Below, one piece after another: positions 24,876-38,069 of a stretch of 64,000 nt of DNA; within the stretch, counting starts at the first letter, position 1, and each line of letters starts with the position of its first letter. The translations under genes and the position numbers were made by a program. Below the pieces are notes generated by a model. It saw only the letters and a program-made list of their open reading frames with translations. It was not told the DNA's origin and did no database searches. The DNA comes from Octopus sinensis (taxonomy: Eukaryota): the NCBI RefSeq assembly GCF_006345805.1, contig NC_043009.1:8060001-8124000 (forward strand), written 5' to 3'.

Positions 24876-26246
24876 CAGTGTTCCAAATTATTAATGAGTG
24901 GTCCGATAACTGTGTAATTATGGGTTGTGAATGTTACTTAACTACTTCAGAGAAATTTGTTATTACTTCTGAGCTTTTGAAAGGTAAATCAATGTTAGAA
25001 ATATCTAGAATAATTGAAAGATATCACTAAACTGTGAAAAAGTTTGTAACAGCTCCTATGACGATATGTAAGAGAGCTGAAAAGGGTCAGTTGAGGGCTG
25101 TTTCTCAATGTTCTCTGTCACAAATTAAGCATGAAGCTGTAAGGAACCCAGGTCTTGTCAAGCACACTGGCAAAACAACTTTGTCCAGAACTACCCAATG
25201 TTGTCTTCTGAAAAAGATTGGTAAACCAGTGACATCAATTAAAAGGCCTCTTTTAAACAAAATACGCATACAAAAATCATCTGAAATACGCAGAAGATAA
25301 CATGAAGGTTGACTTTTCAAAAGTTTTGTTTACAGATGAAACTTTTGCTACCCTTGATGGACCCAATGCTTGGAGCAAGGTATAGATTGTAAATAGACGG
25401 GATTGTCATCAATGCTTGAGATGCCAACAAGAGGGGAGGAGGCATCATGATTTAGGAAGGTATTGTTGGAGGTATCAGGGTTGGTCCTAGGAAAGTGCCT
25501 GATGGTGCTAAAATGGCTGCAGATGCTTACATAGCTCTTTCTATAGTAATTCTGACTTTACCATCATACTCTTGCCTCTTTCACCAACCTTCAAGACAAC
25601 TATAGCATTCATGCAGGACAATGCAACCTCACACTCAGTGAAGGAAACTACAAAGTATCTGCAACAATTAGGCCTCTATGGACCTCAAAAGATGCAGTGG
25701 CCTGCCTGTACTCCTGACCCAATAGACATCTTGTGGAGTATTCTAAAGCGATGAGACTGGATGCCACTTTAGGAGCAAGGATGAACTGTGGCAGGCAATA
25801 GTGGATGTATCCTGTGATCATCAGAGGAGATCCAGAAATTAGCATGTTCTATGGACCAGTATTTTTTCCAACTTATTTCAAACAAACACTCATATATTCC
25901 TTACTAACCAGCTCGCCTATCATTTTTGAACACTGTTTGTTTGTTTATTTCTATTTCTTCCATGTTTATGTCTGTATGTGTTCATTTCAGTATGTACATC
26001 AGACAATTAAACTGGTATTTTCTTGATTACATGAGTTTTAATTACACTTCATTAATAATTTGAAACAGTGAAAGTTTATGTGAATTTGGTAAATGGCCGT
26101 AATTTCTGTGTTGTTTTACAGAACCTAACATCTTTTACACACCATATACATAGAGCTCTTGCCATCATTCTGTGAAAATTTCACTGGATTCTAACAAGTA
26201 GTTTAAAAAAAGAATGTTACATTGTTAATAATTTGAAATGCTGTGT
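24876..26246 (+). mobile_element. Tc1-like transposon relic (IR/DR type), left TIR truncated
   Basis: KVLFTDET..TLDGP, FMQDNATSH, QWPACTPD-PIDILWSILKR; cagtgttccaaattattaatga (24876) inverted at 26049-26070; outer repeat ending tgtg-TA at ~26246. Confidence 0.85.
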
Positions 26247-26256
26247 ATGTGTGTGC

Positions 26257-26320
<64 letters not shown>

Positions 26321-26322
<2 letters not shown>

Positions 26323-26722
26323 CATCATCATCATCATTTAACATCCGTTTTCCATGCTAGCATGGGTTGGACGGTTCGACCGGGGTCTGGTAAGCCATGG
26401 AGGCTGCACCAGGCTCTAGTCTGATTTGACAATGTTTCTACAGCTGGATGTTTTTCCTAACGCCAACCACTCTGTGAGTGTAGTGGGTGGTTTTTTACGT
26501 GCCACCTACACAGGGGCCAGAGCAGGCTGGCAAATGGCCTCGATCGGTTGGTGCTTTTACGTGTCATCGACACGAACGACAGTCAGGCGGCGCTAGTTCA
26601 GATGGTGCTTTTTACGTGCCACCAGTACGGGTGTCTTAACTACATTTTCCATTTGAATTTTTATTTTGATGTTGACGTACTTGACTCAACAGGTCTCCTC
26701 AAGAGACTCAACAGGTCTCCTC
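26321..26722 (-). mobile_element. RTE 3' UTR fragment
   Basis: (CAT)n + RTE tail + ggtgctttttacgtgccacc subunits; 17-bp direct repeat actcaacaggtctcctc at its truncated end. Confidence 0.85.
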
Positions 26723-26935
26723 ATATATATATAGAGTCAAATCAAATAAACGAACAATAAAATTAACAATAACAAACAACAAGAGGACATGCACAAGGAA
26801 TGAATTAGTTTGACACTCAGTGAAACGAGCGTATTTGATGTTCCGAGCATAGCTCTTCATTGGAAAAGAAAAGGGTAAAGCCCAAAGAAGGAAAAAAATC
26901 TCCAACAGCATATGTGTAGTTACATTGCTGAAGTA

Positions 26936-26981
<46 letters not shown>

Positions 26982-27016
26982 ATATATAAATATATATATA
27001 ATATGTACACACATAT

Positions 27017-28175
27017 GTAGGTGGGCTGAAAAGTTCATGGGGGTAACTATGAAGGAGTGATGCTAGGGCTGTGAAATTTTGCATGCATTAATTTCTGTTC
27101 TACTTATTAATAACTGCATTGTTATTTTCCAGCTAAACTGACATCTGACAGTTCAAAGAAGACTTCAAGGAGAAAACATTGGTTGTGTTTCATGGCATGA
27201 TAATGAATAACTTTTGATTGACTATAAATCAAATTAGCCAATGCTATTAGCATATCTCATAAGAGTTGAGAATATTCTGCACCATGGACTTAGCATGGTG
27301 GAGGCACATGGCCTAGTGGTTAGAGCAGCGGACATGCGGCGAGGGATCACCGGTTCGAATCTCAGACCGGGCAATGTGTGTGTTTATGAGCGAAAACACC
27401 TAAGCTACATGCAGCTCCGGCAGAAGATAATGGCGAACTCCTGCTGACTCTTTCGCCACAACTTTCTCTCACTCTTTCTTCCTGCATCTTGCAGCTCACC
27501 TGCGATGGACTGGCGTCCCATCCAGGTGGGGAACCTATATGCCAAGAAACCCAGAAACCTATACGCCAAGAAACCCAGAAACAAACAAATAAAACTTGGC
27601 ATGACAAAGGCTTCTGCTCGGTGGGTGCCACATCTGACACCTGATCAAAAGCACACCAAGGTTGATCACATCACGGGGGAAAAATCTGATATGGTTTGAA
27701 GCAGACCCAGCTAGTTTCCTCGAACATTTCATAACCCAGGATGATTGTTGGGCTTATCACTTTGAGCCAGAGACAAAGAGACTACCAATGCAGCAGAAAC
27801 ACCCTGCCTCACCTGCTCCAAAAAAGGCCAAGGTTGTTTCATTTTCAGGCAAGTTGATGGCCTCAGTTCTTTTGGGAAGCAAAAGGCATTGTATTTATCT
27901 TCAAAGAGTCCATACCATCAATAGAGAGTATTTTGTCAACTTGCTGAGACAGTTACAAAAGTTTATGAAGAAGAAATGCCCAGAAAAACTGATGAAAGAG
28001 GCCTTGATTCATCAGGACAATACTCCAGCACACAACTGTTGGTTTCGCTGGCTGTTGTGCGTGACTGTGGCTTGAACTAGTTGATCACCCTCCCTATTCT
28101 CCTGATTTGGCCCCATCTGACTAACACCTGTTCCCTGACATGAAAAAACATTTGGCTGAGAAGCAGTATCGCAGC
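27017..28175 (+). mobile_element. Mariner relic (second family), interrupted by a SINE and truncated on the right
   Basis: SARWVPH, FITQDDCWAYHFEPETK, GKLMASV, IHQDNTPAH, HPPYSPDLAPSD. Confidence 0.88.
27300..27582 (+). mobile_element. tRNA-derived SINE family C (V-domain-like), inside mariner
   Basis: tggcctagtggttag A-box, ggttcgaatc B-box, cctgcgatggactggcgtccc..ccagg; matches 31775-32082. Confidence 0.85.
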
Positions 28176-28184
28176 CTACCCCCA

Positions 28185-28220
<36 letters not shown>

Positions 28221-29548
28221 TATTATACCAACAGTATATTGGATAAGTATTATCCCTTAGTGGATTGGATCCACAACCCCTAACTTTCTTGGTGGTATAT
28301 ATATATATATATATGCACATATATATACACATACAATCATATTGTATACTGTTCATACATATACTGTATATATCCTCCATATACTTGCTGTATCTGCTGT
28401 AAGCTTGGGTTACACAAGAGGCTATTAGAGACAGCAGGCTCTGTTGCAATAATTACTAAAAGCACGTTAGATAAATTCTCTTAAATATCTCGAATATTCA
28501 CTAGAAGTAGTTGACAGTTTCTGATGTGACATAATTAGCATTAGAGGTAATGGTTCTGATAGTAGTGTAGCCAGGATAAGTTTGATTTAGAGTTTTGCTG
28601 GCTACAAAGACCTTCTCCCTCAGAGTGAAGAGCAACTTGTATGATGTTTGTATTTGAATTGCAATGTCTCATGGTAGTGAGACATAAGCCTTGAATACAA
28701 AGGTTAGATGGATAGTGTTAACATTCATGAACTGGGTATAAAGGAATTGGATGTAGTGTGAGAGAGAGAAGGCTGCACTGATATGAACATGTGATCTATA
28801 TATACAGAGGATGGTTGCTGCTTAAGAAGGTGCCAAGTGCTCCAAGTTAGTGGAACCTGTTGAAGAAGGAGACTATTTCTCCTGCACTTTCTCACCACTC
28901 AGATTGCTTGCATAATACTGAATTATATGGGGACTACTTGCAATCAGTTCCATCCATTTTTCAACCTCATCACATGGCCTGTATAGATCATCATCATCAT
29001 CATCGTTTAACGTCCGCTGATGATGATGATGATGATCTATACATAGTTATGTATAAGGGAATGCATGGAAACGTCTCTGCCGAATTCATTCTAACTTCAT
29101 TTCTGTATTGCTACCTGTCTGTCTGTCTGTCTGTCTCTCTCCTCTGAGCCACTTCCTTTGTCACTCATCACTTACTCATGTCTCTGTTCCAGTCTTTACC
29201 TCAGTCATTCTGACTTTACCATCATACTCTTGCCTCTTTCACCAACCTGTTCTGGTATCTCAGCTGTTGCTGCACTCTTTCCTATTCCCTTCTTCGGTCA
29301 CATTATGTGAACGAAAAATATACATCTCAGTGCATTGAGTATTCGGCACTTAAATTGTGCAAGGTATACCAAATTGTGTTGAAGTCACTGTTAAAGCCCC
29401 CATCCCATCTACCTGTGCTCTCCACTGGATTGATTTGGTGAGTGAGCAGAAGAAAAGTAGGGTTCTGAAGTTCCCTTTAGCTCCTCTGAGGATTTGTCAA
29501 CTTCTCTGGTGTTGGTGCCATGAGAAAAATGCACAAAGGACACTGTAT

Positions 29549-29749
29549 AATGTGTGTGTGTGTGTTACACACACACACACACACATATATGTATACGTTG
29601 TATATGTACTCATGTATGTATGTACATCATTTTGTATGTTTTTCCATGCTGGCATATATATGCTATAAGCCTATATTTATGATTATATAGATACATACAT
29701 GTGTATGTACTTGTGTTTATATGTGTGTGTATGTAGATATGTGTGTGTG

Positions 29750-29789
<40 letters not shown>

Positions 29790-29900
29790 CATACATACAT
29801 ACACGTGTGTACATGTGTGTGTATATATGTATGTGTGTGTGTGTACATGTGTGTATATATATATGTATGTGTGTGTGTGCATATGTGTGATATATATAAT
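29549..29900. repeat. Compound (TG)n/(TA)n/(CATA)n microsatellite field; representative of many (e.g. 21470-21610, 37945-38110, 40960-41290, 53220-53940)
   Basis: Direct inspection. Confidence 0.95.
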
Positions 29901-30167
29901 AGCTCTTCTTTTATGTGTGTTATATTGAAAAGAGAACTGTATTTAAGTTTGATCTTTTTTTATGAAGGTTTTTTCATATTTCTTTATTAGTGTTTCTGTG
30001 ACAGGATTGTACAAGGAAATGTTGATGGTTGTATGAACTTTATTGTTTGCAAACTAGACATAAAAGTCTAATAAGGAAATATGAAAAAATTCTTAATAAT
30101 AACAAAAGATCAAACGTGAGCACAGTTGTTATATCTATATAACACTTATATATATATATATATGTAC

Positions 30168-30199
<32 letters not shown>

Positions 30200-31774
30200 G
30201 TAAATGTGTATATATAAAACCTGGGTTTTCTTAGGCATGTGTTTTTCACTAAGCTATGGTTGAGTGAGTCAATGAGGAAATGATACTGCATCCCTGGAAA
30301 AAATTATATTTAGTTCCCTTGTGGTCCTGTTCTTCTTGCTGTAAATATGTACTGTATCGTTTATCACAGTAATCAAATACTGTATAATTGAAAATTGTTC
30401 TGTGTTCATCTAGCTTTGCAGCACTGGGCCTTATATTAATCCCACGGGTTTGAATATATCAATGAGAAACCATATCGGTGTGGTTACATGGATTATTAGA
30501 TAATAATGAAGTCTTTGGATTGCAGGAGAGGACATTTTACTCTCATTTGATTTGCCTTGATGCTTTGATAGAATGTTTAATGTGAGCTTTGAACTCAAAA
30601 TGTAATTGATCTGGTGAGAAGAGAAATTTTCTGAAACCTTCAAGTTTTATTTATTTATTTTATGTGCCAACTGGTGAGCAATTGCATTCTTGCTTAAAGT
30701 ATCCAATGAGCCAATCTCTGTTGCATGGCATTTCTGACGGTGAGAGAAACACAGTAGTCTATACCTTAAAGCATAACAAATATTGGGAAGAATATCATTG
30801 AAAGAGCAGATCCCTTTTTAGCTTCCTTGCTCATCTTTATTTCTTCTGCTTCAATGCGTTAGTGAAAGATATGTGTACATGCAACATACACACAAACATA
30901 TGCATATACATATGCACATATGCAATGTTATTTTTCACAGTTTCTTTCCTACCAAATATTGGTATCATGTATATAGATTTTTAGGCCAACTTTTCCTTTT
31001 TCTTGAAGTCTATCAAAACTTATAGATTACACATTGATCTGCTCATGGTGACCTGATTTACCTGCATAAGGATCTGTAAGATATTTTGCATCAACCTATT
31101 TAATTCCTTCTTTTCTGTTACTATATTTTTACCTTCCTTTTTATCGTGTGTTATGACTGAAAACATCTGTGGAGTCAAGACATTGCCCTCTAGCACACTA
31201 TTTACAATTCTGAATTTCTGTGATAAACTATCCATTGACATGCACTCGACATTTACTATCATTATGCAGTTCCTTTTTCAGGCTGATATATATTTTTCTG
31301 GTAATATATTTCATAGATGATTGTCATAGTTCCATAGATCTTATGAAGCTAAGACAGAAATGAATTGGAATTGAAAAACAAATGCATAACATTTGTGTGA
31401 ATAAATTCCACAGTGCAAGTGAGGCAAGAGAAAAACTGAATACAGGTGCAAGAAAGGAAGCTGTGATGGTCTGGGTGTGTGAAACATAGGAAAGCTGACT
31501 GCTGCATAACGAGGTGGCTAGTGCTCCGAATTAATAGAACTTTTGGAAAAGGGATACTAAGTAAGACTTAGAATAAAGTGGTAAAACCTGACCTGAAAAT
31601 ACTACATTTCAAGGAAGAGATAACAAAGCACTGTGCTGATTGGTGATATATAGTGCATCAAAAGACTTGCCTACCCTTTGAAAAACGTACCCTGACATAA
31701 AGAAAGTATTTAGAGGCTGAAATATTTTGTACTCTGCTAAACTTACATTTGCTGCATCATACTCTAACTTTTTG

Positions 31775-32082
31775 TGGAGGTACATGGCCTAGTGGTTAGA
31801 GCAGTGGACTCACGATTGAGGGATTGCGGGTTCGAATCTCAAACCGGGCAATGTGTGTGTTTATGAGCAAAACATCTAAGTTCCACGCGGCTCTGGCAGA
31901 AGGTAATGGCGAACTTCTGCTGACTCTTTCGCCACAACTTTCTCTCACTCTTTCCTCCTGCATCTTGCAGCTCACCTGCGACGGACTGGCGTCCCGTCCA
32001 GGTAGGGAACTTATATGCCAATGAAACTGGGAAACTGGCCCTTACGAGCCAGGCATGGCTTGGGAAGGAACAAACAACAACC
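31775..32082 (+). mobile_element. SINE family C, full length, 11-bp TSD
   Basis: A/B boxes, (AAC)n tail, ctaactttttg at 31764-31774 and 32083-32093. Confidence 0.92.
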
Positions 32083-35000
32083 CTAACTTTTTGAGCCTCC
32101 ATTTGCTTTCATCACCTATTTCTCATACTGCTTCTTTTTTATCCATTTTTTCATCACTCATCTTCCTACCACCTGTGCTAACCACATCATCCTCATTGCT
32201 CAGTCTCTATTGGCCTTCACTGGTGCTATGTATAAGAGACTGCATCATACCACCTTCATATCTCTATCTCTCCCCTGTACACACTAATTTTGCCCACATG
32301 TGTTACCAACGGTCATTCTCTCTCTCATGGGTCACTTCTCTTACCACCCATCACCTATTTTGCCATTATCTCATCACCCATCATTACCTTTGTCCACCTC
32401 TGCAAATACTAATCATTTCTCTCTTGACTCCACTCCAAATCACTCAACCATTTCCTTCACACTCTTGCTTCTTTCACCCACCCACCCTGCTCCTTCTGAT
32501 ATCATCTCATTCCTCTCGTTAGTCACCTTAGCAAATGTACAATGCCCGAGGTTATCGATCATTCTCTACCCTTATGCTCTTGATCCTCTCTTAGCCATCC
32601 ATTTCTAGTCTTTCTGTTGTCATTGTTCTCTCTTAATCTCCTCCTCAACCTGTACTTCTTAGGTTGATGAGTACGCAGCATTTATTGTGTATAAACAGGC
32701 TCTTCTCTGTGCTGGTGCTGCAGCAAAGACCCACTCACTTGCTGCTTTCCCTCTGAAGTGATTAGTGTGCATATAACCTCTCTAGTGCTGGTATCACAAA
32801 AGATGGACCCTGCTCACTCTATTAAGTGGTTGGCAAGTGAGCAGGGAAAAGCTGGTCTGCTGAGATCTATTCAACCTCTCTGGTGTTGATTGAATAAGAA
32901 AGTGCCCTTAGTACACTCTGTGAAGAGGTTGGTGACAGGAAAGCTAACCAAACCAAATGATATGTACTAGCCCCAGTTTATGAAACCAGTTGTCCCTTAT
33001 TAGAAATAATTTGGAAGACACCTCCAACCCATGTTAGCACGCATGGAAAGCAGATATAAAAATTATCAACTATGCCCTCTTTTCCTATCTCCCTCTCTCT
33101 CTCTACACACACACACATACACATATATATGCATACATATCCACACACATAATATTTTTATACGGTATTTAAGATATATAATGGGTGCTACTTAAGTTTC
33201 ATGGAAGGCAGTTCCATATAGAGCTTTGCATAAAGAGATATCTGATTTATCAGCAGTAGAGAGTTCTCTCTCTCTCCCTCCCCTTGTTGTATGCTCTCTT
33301 AGTGACAGATTTAATTCCTTTAAATGGAATTAAGCATCTTTTGAGGACTAGAATTAAATCTCTTATTGAGGCAGTGGAATTGGTCATTTCAACAATAGAC
33401 AGTTGTCGTGTGTATGACAAAACTGTATAATTTATGTGCATATTATATATGTATGTTGGTGGATAGCTTTGTACAAATGCAGTGCACGGATGCGTAAAAT
33501 GTATGTACTGATGTGTGTTTGCATGTGCGTTTTGGTGATGCATGTAAATGAATATGTGTACAAATATGTGTATATGCATGTTTTGTGGGTTTTTTTTTAG
33601 TTTGTTGCAGTCATTACAGCTGAGGTTGTGTTTTGAAGCACCTGTATATGCGTGTGTAAGCGTGTGTGTATAGATTACATAGTCATGCAATGAAATATAT
33701 AAAATCTAATCTGAATCAATACATGTTGAATATATTTAAGTTTGGGCTTCGTTTACACACACACACACACGCACGGGGACACATCTGTGTTTCTGTGAGT
33801 GTCAATATATGCATACATGAATATATATGAGTATGTTAAAATATGTATATTGACAACAATGAATTATTTTGTGCAAAAACATCATTTTTATTTATATTTT
33901 AATATATTCCATTTTTTTCTTCTTTCTGATGTTGTTGTTGTTTCTTCTACTTCTCCTTATTTATTCCATGTAAACATTATTACCGTAGCAATATATGGAA
34001 GTGTCTCTAAATAGGAATCTTTGTTGTTTTATTGAAAAATCAAAATTTTTAAGATCTTTGCCAAGTTTATTTTTATTTATTTGTTTTTTTCTTTTCATGG
34101 GGGTGTGTGGCTGGTTGGTTTCTTGTGTGGTTGTTTACTATTGGAATGGTTCCAGTTGCCCAGAAAGTAACTTACACATTCATGGTAATTTGCCAAGAGA
34201 CAAACGGTTTTAACACTCTTGTTCAAATTTCTCTTGTTTGGCCTGGAAAATTAAAAATAGCCCTGCAAACCTTTGAGACCCTTGAATTTCCTTACTTGTC
34301 TTCTGGTTTACAGGAATTGATTCAAATCTTTCAATAAACAGCATTCACCTACCCTGTTTCTACACGAAGGACTAAAAGCCTGAGATGTCAAACTCTGAAC
34401 TCTGCTTTGTTCTTCTTGCAATGTAAACTAATTGCTTTGTTTCCATTCCTGAACTCTCTTGGATTATATCATGTTCGCTGATGCCGTAGCCACTTCAGTT
34501 TGAATCGGATGGAATTAGTAACTACTATAAAAACATCTATGACCTCACATTTATCTGCTATGTCAAACTTCAAATTCTTTCTTTCTATATAATTTTATAT
34601 ACTTACAAATGAAGAACACTAACACATGAAGAACGTATTCTTAAAAAAGACTCTCACACACTTTGCTAAAGAAACAAGGCTTTAAAACTCATTTATTATC
34701 TCCCTTGACTGGAACTTTTCTGTTGAGAAACTTCACTCTTTCTTTTATTTCCTTTGGTCATTGTTTGACATTCTCTTTCCTGTCCATGGAGAAGGACTAT
34801 AGTCCATGTCTGCTGATTAACAATATTTAACTATCTTGTTTTTTGATGAATTAGTTTGAAGCTTGAAACATTGAACTCTGACTTCTACTTTGTTTCTCTT
34901 ACAGCATTAACGAATTAATTTGATTTTTTATTCCTCAAATCTTTTGGATTATCACTTATATATGTTGATGCTGTACTCATTCTCTTGATAGACCTGGACT

Positions 35001-35093
35001 CTGTATTGACTTTTTTTTTTTTTTGAATATACATTGGGAAGGCCTACTACTTTTGAGCTATATTATCATTAGTCACTGTATATCCTCATTTAA

Positions 35094-35800
35094 CCTTTAT
35101 CACACTGATTCGACCCTACAATAGTTTCCCCTGTCACTGCATTATTTTTGAGGGAACAAAAGACATGAGCACCTTCTGTTTTAAAATTATTATAACTTTC
35201 ATTGTATTGCATGTACAGATTTTATTTTCTGTGTTCTAATAAAGGAATGAATGAATAATATTTTAAAGTAATGTATTAAGGAATAGATGAAAGAGCTGCC
35301 CCTCAGAAATGTATCTCCTTTGGGTCTCTACTTTCCTTAAATCAGCCAACCATGGATCATAGTATCTCTTTGGTGCATTGTTCTCAATATAACTGTAAGC
35401 ACAGTCTATGTCCTTATCATCAGCTTGAATAATTTTGCCATCAATATCCACCTCAGTAAAGCCTTCAAAATCATCATCTGAGTCAGAATCAAACAAGATT
35501 CCTTCAAGAAAAGCTTCAAATGGGAGAGTGGCTATTTTCACTTGGTAAAAAATCAGACAAAAACTAAGTTCAATTTCAAAGCTTGATCACCTTGTGGTTA
35601 GTATATAAACAGTGAAAATGGCATCAGAAAAAGGGAAATTTTGTTCTGAATCGAATGTAGCCAGTTTACAGCTTAAAGTACTGGAAATAAACCTAGTGGT
35701 GTGTTTATTTTAAGCCCCCTTCTCAAGGCGACAAAATGTACAAAATGCAACAGGAGAGAGAACTTGTGGGTGACAAATTGTGACAACAGTGCAGAGAAGG
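35094..35800 (-). mobile_element. piggyBac-like internally deleted element
   Basis: TTAA on both sides (35090-93, 35801-04); imperfect TIR cctttatcacactg vs ccttctctgcactg (9/14); acidic peptide ILFDSDSDDDFEGF (35263-35541, minus) typical of piggyBac N-termini. Confidence 0.55.
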
Positions 35801-36055
35801 TTAATGTTCACATTTCCATGCTTGCATGGGTTAGATGGAATTTGTTGAGACAGATTTTCTTCATTCAGTTTCCCTTCCTGTTACCAACCCTCACCTTTTT
35901 ACAAGCAAGGTAATATTTTCCCATGGTCAGACATGCTTTTCCCAGAAGACGGGACATGAACAATCTTGCTTGTATGATGATGATGATGCTCATTTACAAC
36001 GATCATATGTTTTAACAAGGGTACACATAAATATACACACACACATATATAATAA

Positions 36056-36330
36056 TGCTTGTCTGTCATTGTTGACGATGACCAAGGACATCGCATGATG
36101 AAAGATGGGGCACAATGTGTCTGTATATGGCCAGTTAGGCTGATGTATGCTCGGAAGGTTCCATCACAGGTCAGACACTGGTGGTCTTCTGGGAATGAAG
36201 GCAAGAAGTTGGCCCTGGATTTGCACATCTCACATTTTCTTTGTGCTTCTGCAATCCCATTCTGTCTGTCGGAGGTGGCACCTCTTTGGTGAGGCCACAT
36301 CAAGCAGAGCAGTCCTGTTCTTGTAGTTTG
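36056..36330 (-). mobile_element. RTE/BovB-like LINE 3' end with C-terminal C2H2 finger
   Basis: HQCLTCDGTFRAYISLTGHIQTH followed by a short 3' UTR. Confidence 0.7.
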
Positions 36331-37943
36331 GAGAAAAATACCTTTGCCACACTACATGCTGTGCTGGGTTTTACTTGAGGATTATGTTAAAGGTATGAAT
36401 GTCTGTGGGATACACAGCCACTTAGACATTAATTCAATGAGTCAGTTGTCTAGTTAATCAAACAATAATAATCATCACCACTTACAAAGCTAGGTTTTTA
36501 GCTTAAAACTGAAAATTTCAATAGCCATTAATCTGAGTTTTACCTTCTTTACATGAAGATTAAAAACATGAGTTATGGTTTGTGATGCTTTTTAGTTTCC
36601 AATGATGGCATGAGTTGGAGGGCTTTTTGTGACAAATGTTTTATATTGTAGCTATATAGTTAAGAATCTTGCTTCACAACCACATTGCTGATATTGGGTT
36701 CAAATCCTGCTGAAGTCAGTGCTTGTCTTTCATCTTTCTGGAAGTCTGTAAATAAAGTATGTGATAAGTGTGGAGTGGAGCTTGGGGGGTGATTTAAAAT
36801 TACTATGAAGCATTGAAGATGTGAATGGAATTATAAAAGAAGACTCTACTAAAGACAGTTGTGAACAAGTTGGTGGTGTTAAATCAGGCAATAAATGAGG
36901 CCTTGAAAAAAAAGAAATAATGATAAAGACAGATTTGGATTACATTGTAACTGAAAATAGCAGACAAACCATTTCAGCTGATGAAAGAAAGTTGGAAGAA
37001 AGAAGAACTAAGGACAGACTTGAGACCATTGGACTTCACAGAAGAGATGACAAAGAATTGCAATACATAAATTGACATTGTATATGACAGAAAGTGTACA
37101 AAGTCTACTTTGGCATAAATAAAATGGTTAGAAAAAGAACATTAACAAAAAGGTAAAATGAACACAAAATGAAATAGATAAATAAACAAACAAACAAACC
37201 AACCCCGCCAAGACGACCATCCTGCAGGAATCAGGCACCGAAATCTCATGTATCACTTAATCACTATAATACCAAGTCATGTAAATATTTCAATAAATAT
37301 TTTCTATGCAATATTCATTATTATTCCTAGCCATGTTCCATGCTGATCATTTCTTTACACAGCTTGGAAATTAATCTAATATTGCTTATGTATAAAAGCA
37401 TTCCCAGAATGTCCTGCCTTCCAGTTCTTCTTTCCTTTCTTCCTTCCAACCACCACCACCACCGCCGTTACGATTACCAACACCACTGCCACCACCAACT
37501 ACATTATGGCTGACATTGCCACAACAACCACCACACTAACTAGCACAACTCCCCCCCCCCGGACAGACACACCACCACCATCTTGTATACCACACCCACA
37601 TACACATCTACTATTACTACTACTACTACTACTACTTACATCCCCATATAGTAACACCACCATCACCACACTGTTATCATTAACGATGTAATTACCACCA
37701 GACCACTTCCACACACACACTCATACACACACCACCACCGCCACTGCCTCTACCACCACCATTACACTGCTGCACTGGTTGTCATAGAAGTCAAAATACC
37801 AGACTATCAGTTAATCTTTTGTTACAATCCACAATGGCAATCCCTGTCCAAGAAGTGAGGCGTAAATATTAAAAATCAGGGAATTTCAGCTTTGCTTAAG
37901 GGATGTCAGGGTGTATCTGGGAAAGGTATGGGTTAGGGGACTT

Positions 37944-37975
<32 letters not shown>

Positions 37976-38038
37976 GTGTGTGTGTATATATATATATATG
38001 TGTGTATATATATATATATATGTGTATATATATATATA

Positions 38039-38069
<31 letters not shown>

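Noticed and set aside
27300-27372. tRNA gene candidates at SINE heads (also 31776, 57410, 7722)
   Set aside because: A and B boxes are present, but I see no complete cloverleaf and each continues into a SINE body
29610-29990. [12 protein letters not shown] ORFs here and at 21455-21793, 37886-38214, 41049-41234, 53305-53964
   Set aside because: Dinucleotide microsatellites lacking stop codons
30400-31740. Complex sequence with short ORFs, possibly exons or a transposase relic
   Set aside because: No recognisable motif or consistent splice signals; needs a tBLASTx search
37450-37765. Thr/Pro-rich mucin-like ORF
   Set aside because: (ACC)n/(ACT)n low-complexity sequence with no exon evidence
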